From NCBI RefSeq assembly GCF_004010195.1, contig NC_057755.1:2811498-2875497 (forward strand): DNA of 64,000 nt, written 5' to 3'. Shown piece after piece: positions 11,453-23,494 of this stretch. This DNA is from Chiloscyllium plagiosum (taxonomy: Eukaryota). The notes below the pieces were generated by a model. That model was not told the DNA's origin, searched no databases, and saw only the letters and a program-made list of their open reading frames with translations. Both the position numbers and the translations under genes were made by a program. How positions within the stretch are numbered: position 1 is the stretch's first letter; the number at the start of each line of letters is the position of its first letter.

Positions 11453-14400
11453 GTATTTGTAAAGCATGCACCCATCTCTCAAAATGACTATGTTTAATTC
11501 TTTCTAACTTCGCATAAATCTGACTTGGTTCCTTCTTTTTGTTTCTGAACCACTGTCTATATGCTTTTGGTATCAATTAATAAGCGGTTAAAATAGCCTG
11601 TTTGACCTCTTCATAATCTCTTGACCCCCTCAGCTGACATCACAAGCTCTGCCTCCCAGTTTAGTCTTAACAAACATCGGACCACTCGATCTGTCCAGCC
11701 AATTTTTCAAATGAAATAAAGAATGCTTTGATATCACTCTCATCAAAATGCGGCAGAGTTTTGACATATTTGGAAATATTACTACCTTCTCTTTTAATCT
11801 CCATCCTGTTAACTTGGCTTTGCTGACTCTTCTTTTGCTCAGCTGTGAACCTTCTCTCTCTTTCCTAATCCTCTCTCTCTCTCTCTTTCTCTCTCCTTTT
11901 CGTGTCTCTCTCTCGCTCTTTCTCTCTCTCTCTCTCTCTCTCTCTTTGCTCAGCTAAGAATCTTCTCTTTTTCTCTTTTGGATCTCTCTGTCTCTTTCTC
12001 CTTCTCGCTCTCTTTCTCTCTCTCTTCCTTTTCTATCTCTTTGTTTATATCCTAACTACATTTTCCTCTATTGTAATTTAGGTTTTTCTACCTCTATTGC
12101 AATTGTCTGTTTCTCTGACAGACCTAAGTGTTTGCGTAATTCCCTTATAATTTCCACTTTACATTAGTCCTTGGTCAAACCAAATTTAACATCTTTACTA
12201 ATTCTAAAAGTATGGCATTTTTCTTTCCTTCTGAACTTTCTTGACAAATTTGCGAATGATCTTCAAATCTCACAATCTCTTTGGCAATTTTAAGAGCCAT
12301 TTCTCTCACTTTTAGTTTAACCGACCTCAAGTCACTGAAATTAAACAAATTATCTCACTTACATTTTGTTTAAAGATCTAGGACACCAACCTGCAAGTAT
12401 TTAAATATACTGGGCTTTCTCATTCCACAAATCTAATCAAATCTGTCCAAATCCCAGCGCGGATCTGTCTAAACCTGTTCAAACGTGCACAAAAGCCCCC
12501 AAACTGGTATGGTATGGGGTAAACCCCACTGCTAATTTAAACCATCAACACAGAAAAGATTCACCCCGTGCTGTAATCTGTTGAAATTCAAGAGGCAAAG
12601 AACGATCCCAGAGGTCACTATTTAAAATAAAAACTAACAACTTTATTCGTTAAGTTTAACAAAGAATATTGAAACCAACATCTATTTCCAATTCCTTTCT
12701 CTTAAACTTATATTTTTCCTCCCAGTCTGCAATACTAGTCTGACAAAAACTTCCGATAAAGATTTACAAAAGAAAATCCTGTTTCAAACCCAGTCAGCTT
12801 TGCTGCATCTCCTTTGTAGATTTTTCTCTGTAGATTCTCCACGTGTTGGCCTCGATGTTCTGCTGTGCAAACNNNNNNNNNNNNNNNNNNNNNNNNNNNN
12901 NNNNNNNNNNNNNNNNNNNNNNNNNNNNNNNNNNNNNNNNNNNNNNNNNNNNNNNNNNNNNNNNNNNNNNNNNNNNNNNNNNNNNNNNNNNNNNNNNNNN
13001 NNNNNNNNNNNNNNNNNNNNNNNNNNNNNNNNNNNNNNNNNNNNNNNNNNNNNNNNNNNNNNNNNNNNNNNNNNNNNNNNNNNNNNNNNNNNNNNNNNNN
13101 NNNNNNNNNNNNNNNNNNNNNNNNNNNNNNNNNNNNNNNNNNNNNNNNNNNNNNNNNNNNNNNNNNNNNNNNNNNNNNNNNNNNNNNNNNNNNNNNNNNN
13201 NNNNNNNNNNNNNNNNNNNNNNNNNNNNNNNNNNNNNNNNNNNNNNNNNNNNNNNNNNNNNNNNNNNNNNNNNNNNNNNNNNNNNNNNNNNNNNNNNNNN
13301 NNNNNNNNNNNNNNNNNNNNNNNNNNNNNNNNNNNNNNNNNNNNNNNNNNNNNNNNNNNNNNNNNNNNNNNNNNNNNNNNNNNNNNNNNNNNNNNNNNNN
13401 NNNNNNNNNNNNNNNNNNNNNNNNNNNNNNNNNNNNNCTCTCTCTCGCTCTTTCTCTCTCTCTCTCTCTCTCTCTCTTTGCTCAGCTAAGAATCTTCTCT
13501 TTTTCTCTTTTGGATCTCTCTGTCTCTTTCTCCTTCTCGCTCTCTTTCTCTCTCTCTTCCTTTTCTCTCTATTTGTTTATATCCTAACTACATTTTCCTC
13601 TATTGTAATTTAGGTTTTTCTACCTCTATTGCAATTGTCTGTTTCTCTGACAGACCTAAGTGTTTGCGTAATTCCCTTATAATTTCCACTTTACATTAGT
13701 CCTTCGTCAAACCAAATTTAACATCTTTACTAATTCTAAAAGTATGGCATTTTTCTTTCCTTCTGAACTTTCTTGACAAATTTGCGAATGATCTTCAAAT
13801 CTCACAATCTCTTTGGCAATTTTAAGAGCCATTTCTCTCACTTTTAGTTTAACCGACCTCAAGTCACTGAAATTAAACAAATTATCTCACTTACATTTTG
13901 TTTAAAGATCTAGGACACCAACCTGCAAGTATTTAAATATACTGGGTTTCTCATTCCACAAATCTATTCAAATCTGTCCAAATCCCAGCGCGGATCTGTC
14001 TAAACCTGTTCAAACGTGCACAAAAGCCCCCAAACTGGTATGGTATGGGGTAAACCCCACTGCTAATTTAAACCATCAACACAGAAAAGATTCACCCCGT
14101 GCTGTAGTCTGTTGAAATTCAAGAGGCAAAAAACGATCCCCGAGGTCACTATTTAAAATAAAAACTAACAACTTTATTCGTTAAGTTTAACAAAGAATAT
14201 TGAAACCAACATCTATTTCCAATTCCTTTCTCTTAAACTTATATTTTTCCTCCCAGTCTGCAATACTAGTCTGACAAAAACTTCCGATAAAGATTTACAA
14301 AAGAAAATCCTGTTTCAAACCCAGTCAGCTTTGCTGCATCTCCTTTGTAGATTTTTCTCTGTAGATTCTCCACGTGTTGGCCTCGATGTTCTGCTGTGCA

Positions 14401-14761
14401 AACACTTCCCCAGACAGGTACATTTCAGCGACCTCTTGCGCTAGCAGTGTCCGTGGCAGTTCTCTGTCAACTGGTCAAAAATGTCCGGTTTTATACCCTA
14501 AAACATCAGATCGTTTCATTGGTTTTAATATTATTAATAGAATAAATTGAAACTTGATTGTAATTTCGTAACTTAGGACATAATTTAAACTGATTGTCGA
14601 ATTTGAATTTCTTTTTGTCTCAAGGAAACCTATCTTCTCTATTTGTGCCGACCAAGTGTTCCATTCTTACCTTCTTCAGAACACTTTATGCTTTGTCAGG
14701 CAGACTTTTTTTTAGCTTTTCAACTCCCTTAAAGGTAAAGTGCCTCTACACCTTCATAACA
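11453..14761 (-). mobile_element. Gypsy (Gmr1-like) LTR retrotransposon 5' remnant: LTR, primer-binding site and degenerate gag with SCAN-like segment
   Basis: LTR 14761-14036 has TG...CA ends (CATAACA at 14755-14761). TGGGGGCT follows (tRNA-Pro-like PBS, 14032-14025). Minus-strand gag has an E/R-rich run, then LPHFDESDIKAFFISFEKLA and DYEEVKQAILTAY*LIPKAYRQWFRN...FERWV. Confidence 0.75.
11906..14403. repeat. Near-identical ~0.97-kb direct duplication flanking an N gap (11906-12872 and 13438-14403)
   Basis: Sequences align end to end with only scattered substitutions and indels, and both abut the gap. Confidence 0.95.
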
Positions 14762-15492
14762 CTTTCTTCCATCAAGCCAATTTTGGATCCAGTTGGCTTG
14801 CTCTCCTGAATCCCATGGGATTTAACCTCACTCAACAACCTACCCATATGATACCTTGTCAAAGGTCTTGCTCAAGTCCATGTAGACAATGGTTATTGTA
14901 CTGCCCTCATCTACCTTCTTGGTTCCCACTTCAAAAAACGGAATCAATCAGGACTTTGTTGAGGCTAGAGTTGGAGAATTGTGTGCAGTTCTGGTTACTC
15001 CGCCAGATGATGGAAGTGTTTGGACTGGAGGGAGTGCAAATGAGATTCACTCAGATTGTTTCTGTGGTGTCAAAATGCAGCTCTGAAGAGGGAGGCTCAT
15101 AAGCTCGGGCTGCTTTCTTTAGAGTACGAATCGAGGTATATAATACTATGTGAGACATGGACAGTGCAGATAAGAAATAGTTGTTTCCCCGTTATCGAAG
15201 GGCCAATAACAAGGAGGGATAATTTTAAACTGAAAGGCTTAGTGGGGAACATGTGGAAACCTCTTCTTACCTCGAGGATGGAAGGGGCCTGCAATACACT
15301 AACTGGGAGGGTAGTTGAAACGGGAAACCTTGAAACAATGCTTAATGAGCCCAAGAAATGTCATAGCATTCAAGGCTACGGGCGAAGTGCTGGAAAGTGG
15401 GATGAATGGAGATTCAGTATAATGTTGGTGGAACAAATATGAAGGGCCACCCAGCTTCTTCTGCTCTATGTGGTTCTGTCATTCTATAATTC
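14762..15492. mobile_element. CR1 fragment with an inverted 5' part (minus 14762-14949, plus 14950-15492)
   Basis: The minus part encodes the RT segment around D.SKTFDKV and WIQNWL. The plus part encodes RTLLRLELENCVQFW and ends in a CR1-type 3' tail. Confidence 0.7.
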
Positions 15493-16121
15493 CGAAGGGA
15501 AGGTTCTGATTTGGTTTCTTTTCTCGCATTTGTTTGAGTATAAGTTGCAATTCTTGTTGTGGTCAGTATCAGCTTGAAGTTCTGTATTAGAGTGCTTGTT
15601 CAGAGATAGAATTTCCCAAATGAGTTGTAAAACTCAATGAACAACAACAGCAGGTGGGATAACAGGGAGCAGTACAACAGCTCTCAAGGATCTCGACAGC
15701 ATGAGGTACTGAAGGGCTGAATAGCCTCAGCAAAATGAAGGGCTTCACGGAAAAAAAAAATCAGAAGATATTTAGGTATGTATGGCATTGATAAGATGTG
15801 AAATAATACAAGTATTGTCGATTGAAGACAAATTGAAATTAACTTTGATGCCTAATAGGATCAGATTAATCCAATCTTTTGGATATTCAATTACAGAGGC
15901 AAATCTCAATGATATCACATCATTAAAATAAACCTGTTGTCATAATCTATTTGTTCAAAATGAAATTAAAAATTTGAATATATCATCACAGTTTCCATGT
16001 GGAGAGGCCATACAGAATTAAAACATACATCACTGGAACCGTATCAGTTCCTATTTTGAGGGAATTCTCCCATTCTGACAGATTGCCAGCAACAGGAAGA
16101 AGTTGTTTCACAAACAACAAA

Positions 16122-16188
16122 ATGTATCGTCCTTTACAAAAGGTCGCCAAAGTGTACTACACCATCCTTGCTATTGTTGGTATTCGTG
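16122..16188 (+). CDS. Candidate first coding exon of a GPR139/GPR142-like GPCR (N-terminus and start of TM1), orphan in this window
   Basis: ATG at 16122 gives MYRPLQKVAKVYYTILAIVGIR+G, ending in phase 1 at G|GTTAAT. This fits the phase-1 acceptors (AG|TT AAT, VNL...) of the long exons and would complete the TM1 GxxxN motif. Confidence 0.65.
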
Positions 16189-16249
16189 GTTAATCTTGGA
16201 ATAACTTAAGTTGTATACATCTCTGCATTAAATCAGACTTACTTCCACT

Positions 16250-17760
16250 TTATGCCGCTTATTCATTTTACTTCCATTTGGCAAGGCAACTACTGATGTC
16301 AGATGCCAGTATCCTCACTTACTGAGTCTGAATAAAATAGTTATTTGATTGGGATGTTCCCCAGTAATGTGCAGCATTGTCTGTTTCTCAATACTGTGCA
16401 GAGGCCACATTGATGGGGTTTGGCTGTGCATCGACCCTGGCTGGTCGAGAAAGTGTTTTGCAAGACCACCCTCTCTCTTTGGGAGTTCAAAGCCTATCAT
16501 TGGTCCGATGGGTTTTGTACCAGCCCACCTCTTAGTGATACCTGGTGTTTGCCATTCCTTGATGTAAAAGGATTATACTGGTGGGTCTTGCTCAGGTAGC
16601 TCGCTACAATATGGAGCCCAGATACAACAGGTGTGCAATGATCGAGTTCAGCAAGTCATTGCAGAGTGAGAGATGAATGACAGCATGGTAGTTTTGACCA
16701 TCTTGTCTGTGTATTTCAGTCAGTGGATGTGTGGGGCATGATATTTGTGAGGACAGTTCATTGGGAGGGGTGTTTAGTGCAAGATTCCAATTATAATGCG
16801 TAATGTTGAATTCTTTGATTGTCAAAAAGACGAGAGAGTTGTGCCATTTGTAAAACATTGGACAGTGCTGTGGTGTGGAGTTTATTAGGGCAAACACTGA
16901 GATCTGGGGTATAGTGGTAGCAGCTCTCACACAGAGGATCAAACAACTTTGTCCAACAGGATGTTTCCCACATTGCTCTTTTTTGCTGTTACCTTTTGAT
17001 GTTCCCTCAACAATACTGGTCAATGTGAAGGGGCTCCCATGTACATTCGTTTGGGATTGTTATTTAGTCTTTAGTTACCAATTTGGATAAGTCTTATTAT
17101 TATTTTGATTATTGTTATTGTTACGTTGTTGGTACTGACAGAGGACATACATTTTAAAACTGATTCACTGTGAAGCCATAGTGTTACACCATCAACTTTG
17201 TGAAATTTCTGTTCTTCTACCTGGTCCACAGGGCTCAGAATGGTGGAGATTGGGTGATTCAACTGAATTTTTCACTGATGAAAAACAAGTTGGTTTGGGA
17301 TGGCTGATGTGTGATTTAGGATAATTGATATTGTGTTGCTCCAAGGGTCCATTCAGGATTAACAACATCTGGCCATATGGACTGATTTGTGGCTATTGAG
17401 GGGTAGAAATTGAGTTGGTGGTGGGAGTGAGTTAGTATTGAAGGGACGTGTTGTTGCCAGCTGTCAGTTTATAAATTTTTGCAGTAATGATAATACTGAG
17501 CTGTTCATTCCCAAAGCAAATTGTAAATGTCAGGGATGCTGCATCAACCCTGCTGGCTGGAACACATCTGGCACCGTGTGTTTTACATCAGGGGAGGATC
17601 GCAGGGGATCAAGCTCTTTGATGCAATAAGGTCCTGGTTCTTCAATTCCAAAATAGTTCATTTACGGGAAAATGTCATTGTTGGAGTGTTGAGTAAGAAA
17701 ATATCAGACAAATTTCATGTGGTATCTGATGAGACTGGATGATCCAGAGAACAAGACTGC
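16250..17760 (-). mobile_element. Heavily degraded non-LTR retrotransposon RT C-terminal region (I/Jockey-group-like)
   Basis: Minus-strand pieces SVFALINSTPQHCP and TLRIIIGILH*TPLP...APHIH resemble the SALALxYSTAEYCxPVW...MRxITGxLxxTPLP...APPxIR pattern of such LINEs. The clade is uncertain. Confidence 0.5.
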
Positions 17761-19119
17761 CATAGTGCCAGAGGTTAGTGCAGTAGAGAAGACAATAATA
17801 ACAGCAAAAAAACAGATATTGCTGGAATAGGTCAGCAGGTCTGGCAGCATCTTTGGAGAGAAATCAGAGTTAATGTTTCAGATCCAGTAACGGTATGCAA
17901 CGGATTGAAAATTGAAACAACTTTGCAGCTGGCTGTGTATGTTTGATGCGCAGTTTACAAATTGAAATGTCCCAGTGAACATTAGCAGGTATGATATCTT
18001 TATGAAATTAAATTGCAGATCCACAATTTTGATTCAATAAAATGCCGGTTTTTGTTGAATCAAATAATATTTTTGTTACTAATTATTCTTCCAGCAAGGT
18101 TCGGACAAGTTGTTAGATGTGGTGACATTAAATTATTTTTGTACATTAGTTAGAATGGATATAGAGCTGGAAATTTTGACTCCATTTCACATCTGTATTT
18201 GATTAGATTTGGATGAATAATTGATGAATCATCTTTTCATAATCTGCCCAGAGTTAATTTTCCAGCGATTGCTGCTCTTCCCTTTGAGATATGTGTCTCC
18301 CTTGGGAGGAGGAAGTAACCCGTAAATCAATCAGCTTTAAGGCAATATATAAAATTAAACATACCAATAGAATGGGTATAAAAATGTCTGTTTCACCAAA
18401 TAAGCAACTTTTTTCATATCTGTGCCACAAAGTCCTTTATATCTGTATGCGTCTGTATACTCTATGTCAATAACATTGCTCACAAGTCCAGTTTCCAGCA
18501 TTAGGAGCATTTCTCTTATTTTAGTGTGACAGTGACAAACATTCCGACTCAGCCAGGAGCCCAAACTCTGTCACTCATTGCTTGTTTATTGTACAGTAAC
18601 CTCTGACCTTCCAACACAACTGCATGTGCCTGACCTGCTGTGCCTTTCCAGTCCACATTCTATCCACTCTGACTTCCAGCATCTGCTGTCCTTACCATCT
18701 CCACATGTTAACTCTGTAATGCACCAAATTCAGAATTGTTACCCTTGCATTTATAGAAGGACTGTTGATTTGTTCCTCAATCAGTTATTTTTACTGTTAA
18801 ATTTTAATCCTAGAAAAGAAATCTTCAGCTATTTAATATATTAATTATGAGCACATGTTCACAATAAGGAGCCCTTGAAAAACTGAACTGAATGAGATTA
18901 CAACACTCTTTGGTTTCATCCTAACTACAGGTGAAATTGCATAGCGCTGTTGGAGGAAAATCATCTCAGTTGCCTTACATCTCTACTGGGCTCTGCATGG
19001 TGGCAGCCTGCCCCTACAATCAGCAGCTGCCTCATCAATGCCCTTCCCTTCATCATAATTACAAAATTACAGATGTAGATGTACCTTGGATTCCAGCATC
19101 AGCAGATTTCTTTCTCTAT

Positions 19120-19760
19120 TAATAACCTGGACCAACCATTGACGAGGAAATAACTTGGTCCAGCCACACACGTGCTGTAGCCACAGCAGTATATCAGATA
19201 CTGTGATAACTGTGAAAGTATGGTCCCTGCCTGCCTCTGCAATCTATGTCCACCATCCAGAAAATACAGCTCAGGGCTGGGATGGAATGGTCTCCATGGT
19301 CAAATGCAGCACTGAGTGTAACACTCACAGAACTCCACATTGTACAGGGCAGACTGCTAGTCGTGGTGATTGGCACACATATCATTCAGTACTCACTCTC
19401 TTCACCAATGATACCATGACCAGCAATGAATATCACCGACACGATGCAAACCAGGAACTGTGCAAGTCTCTTTTGAATAGCACCTTCCATGACCTCTCGG
19501 AAGAACAAGGACAGCAGATGCAGAGAAACACCATCACACGCAAATTACCTTTCAAATTAGATTTCATTCTTACTGAAAAATATTGTCATTCCTTCACTGT
19601 TGCTGGGTAAAACTTCTGAAACTGTGCCCCCAAAACACTGTGGGTTTTCCTGTATCTCAGGCAATGTAGACGTTCAAAAAGATTTATCTCCAATCCCATC
19701 ACAAAGGTGAATAGAGCTGGGCAATGAATACTGGCCTGGTCATTAAAGCTCACATTCCCA
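19120..19760 (+). mobile_element. Degraded 3' fragment of a CR1/L2-group LINE (same family as 52280-53112)
   Basis: Colinear similarity to 52440-53100 (ACCATTGAC...AACT, GGGCAAT.AAT..TGGCC tail). Confidence 0.65.
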
Positions 19761-20179
19761 AATCTGCAGGAGGATATTTCTGAACCCGAGAGGTGGTTAC
19801 TGTCTCAGGGAATGTTTCGTTTCGCAGAGAGGAAGAGAAATGTCTTGGCTGAAAGGATGGATGCTCAGTGCTGAGTAGATAATCCCTGTTATAAATTATT
19901 TTGCCAAGTCCAATAATTTTCCCAATTCCAAATGGTTTAAAAGCCAGGAGACTGATCCTATTGTCTCGGTGGTCTGTGCTGATGACTGGTCTGTGTGTCA
20001 AACTCCAGTAAACTACGCTGAATTGAGTGGACAATCCTTCAAAACTGGATTAAATTTGGAGTGGACCATTTCATATTTGTGATAATGGGTGTGGGTATAT
20101 AGAATCACTGCGAATCATCTAAAAAGGGAGCAGTTGGCAGCAGCATGGAGTTGGCTGTACATGGAAATCTCCAATTTCT

Positions 20180-20620
20180 TTTTTTCATTGAAGGGATGTG
20201 TGTGTGGCTGGTAAGGTCAACATTTACAACCCTTCTCTAATTGCCAGAGGGCAGGTAAGAATCAACCAGGTTATCATGGGTCTGGAGTCATATGTAGGCG
20301 AGACGAGGGAAGGATGGATGTGTGTGTGGCTGGTAAGGTCAACATTTACAACCCTTCTCTAATTGCCCAGAGGGCAGGTAAGAATCAACCAGGTTATCAT
20401 GGGTCTGGAGTCATATGTAGGCGAGACGAGGGAAGGATGACAGATTGCCTTCCCAAAACGATGTTAGTGAACGAGATGGTTTTTTTCCCGACAACTGTCA
20501 ACCATTTCATCGTCGTCATTAGACTCGTTGAAATTCCACCATCTGCCATGGGGAATGTTGAACCCAGGTCCCCAGATCATTACCGAAGTCTATGAATTAA
20601 CAGTCTCGTGATAGGCCATT
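20180..20620 (-). mobile_element. tRNA-derived SINE (same family as 34868-35210) with an internal 122-bp tandem duplication
   Basis: The reverse complement matches the SINE at 34868 (CCATGGCAGATGGTGGAATTT, TGACTCCAGACCC). 20194-20315 is repeated from 20316. Confidence 0.8.
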
Positions 20621-20790
20621 GTCCTCCAACATCTTTAGTAATGGTGTGAAGCCACATGAGGAAGTCTATAACCTTAACTTGTCTTTAAACATTTAGACTA
20701 AAATGTAATGCTGAATTATAGAACACATTTACTGCACTAGAAAATAGACAGGCAGGAAGGCTCAGAAAAAGAGCGGAACTTAAAGACAGG

Positions 20791-22497
20791 GACACCTGGG
20801 TTCACCAAGTGATAACAGGTGCCTGAGCATTTGCCTGGGTTCACCAAGTGATAACAGGTGCCTGAGCATTTGCCTTAGCATCGGTGAATCTGTGTGAACA
20901 GGAAACCAAGTGATAACATTCATAGCCATTCCCTTGTGAAATTAATGACAGTGTTTGATTCTGACCCTGAATTGAAAGTCGGTACTATCAAAACTTTTGT
21001 AATTAACAGGTGGATGCTGCCAATTATAATGGATTCGTATTACCCCTTGCAAGTGGGGCAGACACAGAGAGAGAAAAAAATCTTTGCTGTTACAAAACCC
21101 TGACACGAGAGAGAAAGCGAGAGAGGCCATTTTAGTGTTGAGGCTGTTGGAGCCAGTAGAAAATTAATTCTTAGTACTTATCTGCAAATGAATTGAACTT
21201 AATTGCATTTTGGGAATTTATGATGATATTGAGTAGCCATTAACAGTTATTAAATACGAACTCTGTAAAAGGTAATATTGATGAACCCTTAACTTACCTG
21301 TTGTTCTTGCAGACCACTCCACAGACCTGACAGACAGCCCCACTGTCAATTCTGACCAGTCAGATCTTAGGTCTTATTTGAATTTGAATCATCAACTTGA
21401 AAATAAGGCATGTTTAATTCGAGACTAATCGTGTTAAATACAACCTTGCAGTAACATTTCAGCCTCAGGTAAAGAACCACTCTGTGCTTAAGATAAAAAG
21501 CAGGCATCTGGTCCCAGCTTAAAATTATTCAAAACCTAACATTGAAGAGATTCTAACACAATCTGTCGGGAAGCCATTTTATGGTCAAAACTTTGCCTTC
21601 CTTGCTAAAGAAACACCAAGTGTCACTACGTACAGAGGTTCTACCTGTCCCCGGGACACCTGGGTTCACCAAGTGATAACAGGTGCCTGAGCATTTGCTT
21701 TAGCATCGGTGAATCTGTGTGAACAGGAAACCAAGTGATAACATTCATAGCCATTCCCTTGTGAAATTAATGACAGTGTTTGATTCTGACCCTGAATTGA
21801 AAGTCGGTACTAACAAAACTTTTGTAATTAACAGGTGGATGCTGCCAATTATAATGGATTCTAATTACCCCTTGCAAGTGGGGCAGACACAGAGAGAGAA
21901 AAAAATCTTTGCTGTTACAAAACCCTGACTTGAGAGTTCAAAAGGACACGAGAGAGAAAGCGAGAGAGGCCATTTTAGTGTTGAGGCTGTTGGAGCCAGT
22001 AGAAAATTAATTCTTAGTACTTATCTGCAAATGAATTGAACTTAATTGCATTTTGGGAATTTATGATGATATTGAGTAGCCATTAACAGTTATTAAATAC
22101 GAACTCTGTAAAAGGTAATATTGATGAACCCTTAACTTACCTGTTGTTCTTGCAGACCACTCCACAGACCTGACAGACAGCCCCACTGTCAATTCTGACC
22201 AGTCAGATCTTAGGTCTTATTTGAATTTGAATCATCAACTTGAAAATAAGGCATGTTTAATTCGAGACTAATCGTGTTAAATACAACCTTGCAGTAACAT
22301 TTCAGCCTCAGGTAAAGAACCACTCTGTGCTTAAGATAAAAAGCAGGCATCTGGTCCCAGCTTAAAATTATTCAAAACCTAACATTGAAGAGATTCTAAC
22401 ACAATCTGTCGGGAAGCCATTTTATGGTCAAAACTTTGCCTTCCTTGCTAAAGAAACACCAAGTGTCACTACGTACAGAGGTTCTACCTGTCCCCGG
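20791..22497. repeat. Tandem duplication of ~850 bp (20791-21654 and 21655-22497)
   Basis: Near-identical copies (see ORFs 20894 and 21719). Each ends in the first ~44 nt of the adjoining Tx1 fragment. Confidence 0.95.
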
Positions 22498-23446
22498 TGT
22501 TGCGAAGGATGGGCCTGGCCTCGCTGCCGCTGAACGCTCTGAGTAGTTGGACCGTTCCATACCACCTGTCCTCCATGGAGAAGTTTATGAAGAAAAACAC
22601 CTTTGACCAAAAGTCCATCAGGACGTCGTCAGCACGTAGTATCCTTGAGACCCTTTGGGAAAAGGAGAGGGCGGATCCTATCGACTGGTTTCCTGAGCAG
22701 AATGTCAAAACCATTTGGCAGAATGCCTCATCACTAGAACTTTCCAACAAGCACCAAGACATGGCTTGACTGGTGGTGAGAAGGGCTCGGCCTGTAAGAT
22801 CCTTTATGCACACCAGGACTCTCAGCTGCACCGCACGCTGCCCTCGAAGCGGCTGTGGGGCCGACGAGACCGTCACACACCTCCTTCTCGAATGTGTCTA
22901 TGCAGAAGAAGTCTGGAGAGGAATGCAGTGGTGTTTGTCAAGATTCGTCCTAAGCAGCGCCGTGATGTGGGACTCCGTGCTTTACAGTCTGTTCCCTGGG
23001 ATGCACACTGAGACGAATATCAACTGTGCCTGGAGGATCATCAACTCGGTGAAGGCCGCTTTCTGGGCGGTCCGAAACCTGTTGATCTTCCAGCTGAAGG
23101 AGTTGACCCCGACTGAGTGTTGCAGACTGGCACATTCCAATGTCCAGTACTATGTGTTGAGGGACGCGCTGAAGCCTGGGGCTGCTACCGCCAAGGCGCG
23201 GTGGGGAAAGACCACCATTTAACATTTGCCTGCCTAAGAAGAACAGGGGGCCCACGCAGTCATTTGGGCTCCGCTGATGCCTCAACTAAACGTATGGATA
23301 TACGACTGATAAACGTACAGACCTGTATTTATGAATGATGAAGTCTGATCTCTGTATGCAAATGTTTACGTATGTATGGCATGAGCAACGGTACAAACCA
23401 TCAAATTATTTTATAAATAAAGTATATTTTTGAAATTTAAAGAAAA
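22454..23446 (+). mobile_element. Tx1-clade LINE copy A, 5'-truncated (ORF2 C-terminus, 3' UTR, A-rich tail)
   Basis: ORF 22773-23222 has the CPRSGCGADETVTHLLLEC zinc finger. AATAAAGTATATTTTTGAAA tail. Homologous to 27750-29216. Confidence 0.92.
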
Positions 23447-23457
23447 TGGTATCAGAG

Positions 23458-23494
23458 ATCGCTTCTCAGCCTTTTGGCTCAGAATATGTGTAGT
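23458..23494 (+). ncRNA. U2 snRNA 5' fragment (nt 1-37), non-functional, fused to the 5' end of a Tx1 element
   Basis: ATCGCTTCTCAGCCTTTTGGCTCAGAATATGTGTAGT versus U2 ATCGCTTCTCGGCCTTTTGGCTAAGATCAAGTGTAGT: 32 of 37 positions identical, no gaps. Confidence 0.9.

Noticed and set aside
8021..13613. Long ORFs containing X runs (also 1564-2154 and 55701-56381)
   Set aside because: They are artefacts of N gaps. Only the GPCR flanks at 1470-1615 and 2047-2154 are meaningful.
8841..14761. The two LTR pieces as paired ends of one Gypsy insertion
   Set aside because: Flanks (CAGT versus CTTT) do not form a target-site duplication and the LTRs are visibly diverged. Left unresolved.
23447..23457. TGGTATCAGAG resembling a tRNA-Met primer-binding site
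   Set aside because: Only 11 nt, no adjacent LTR, and it lies between two non-LTR elements. Probably chance or junction filler.
23458..23494. Functional U2 snRNA gene
   Set aside because: Only 37 nt with five mismatches, no Sm site or 3' part, and no recognisable upstream promoter.
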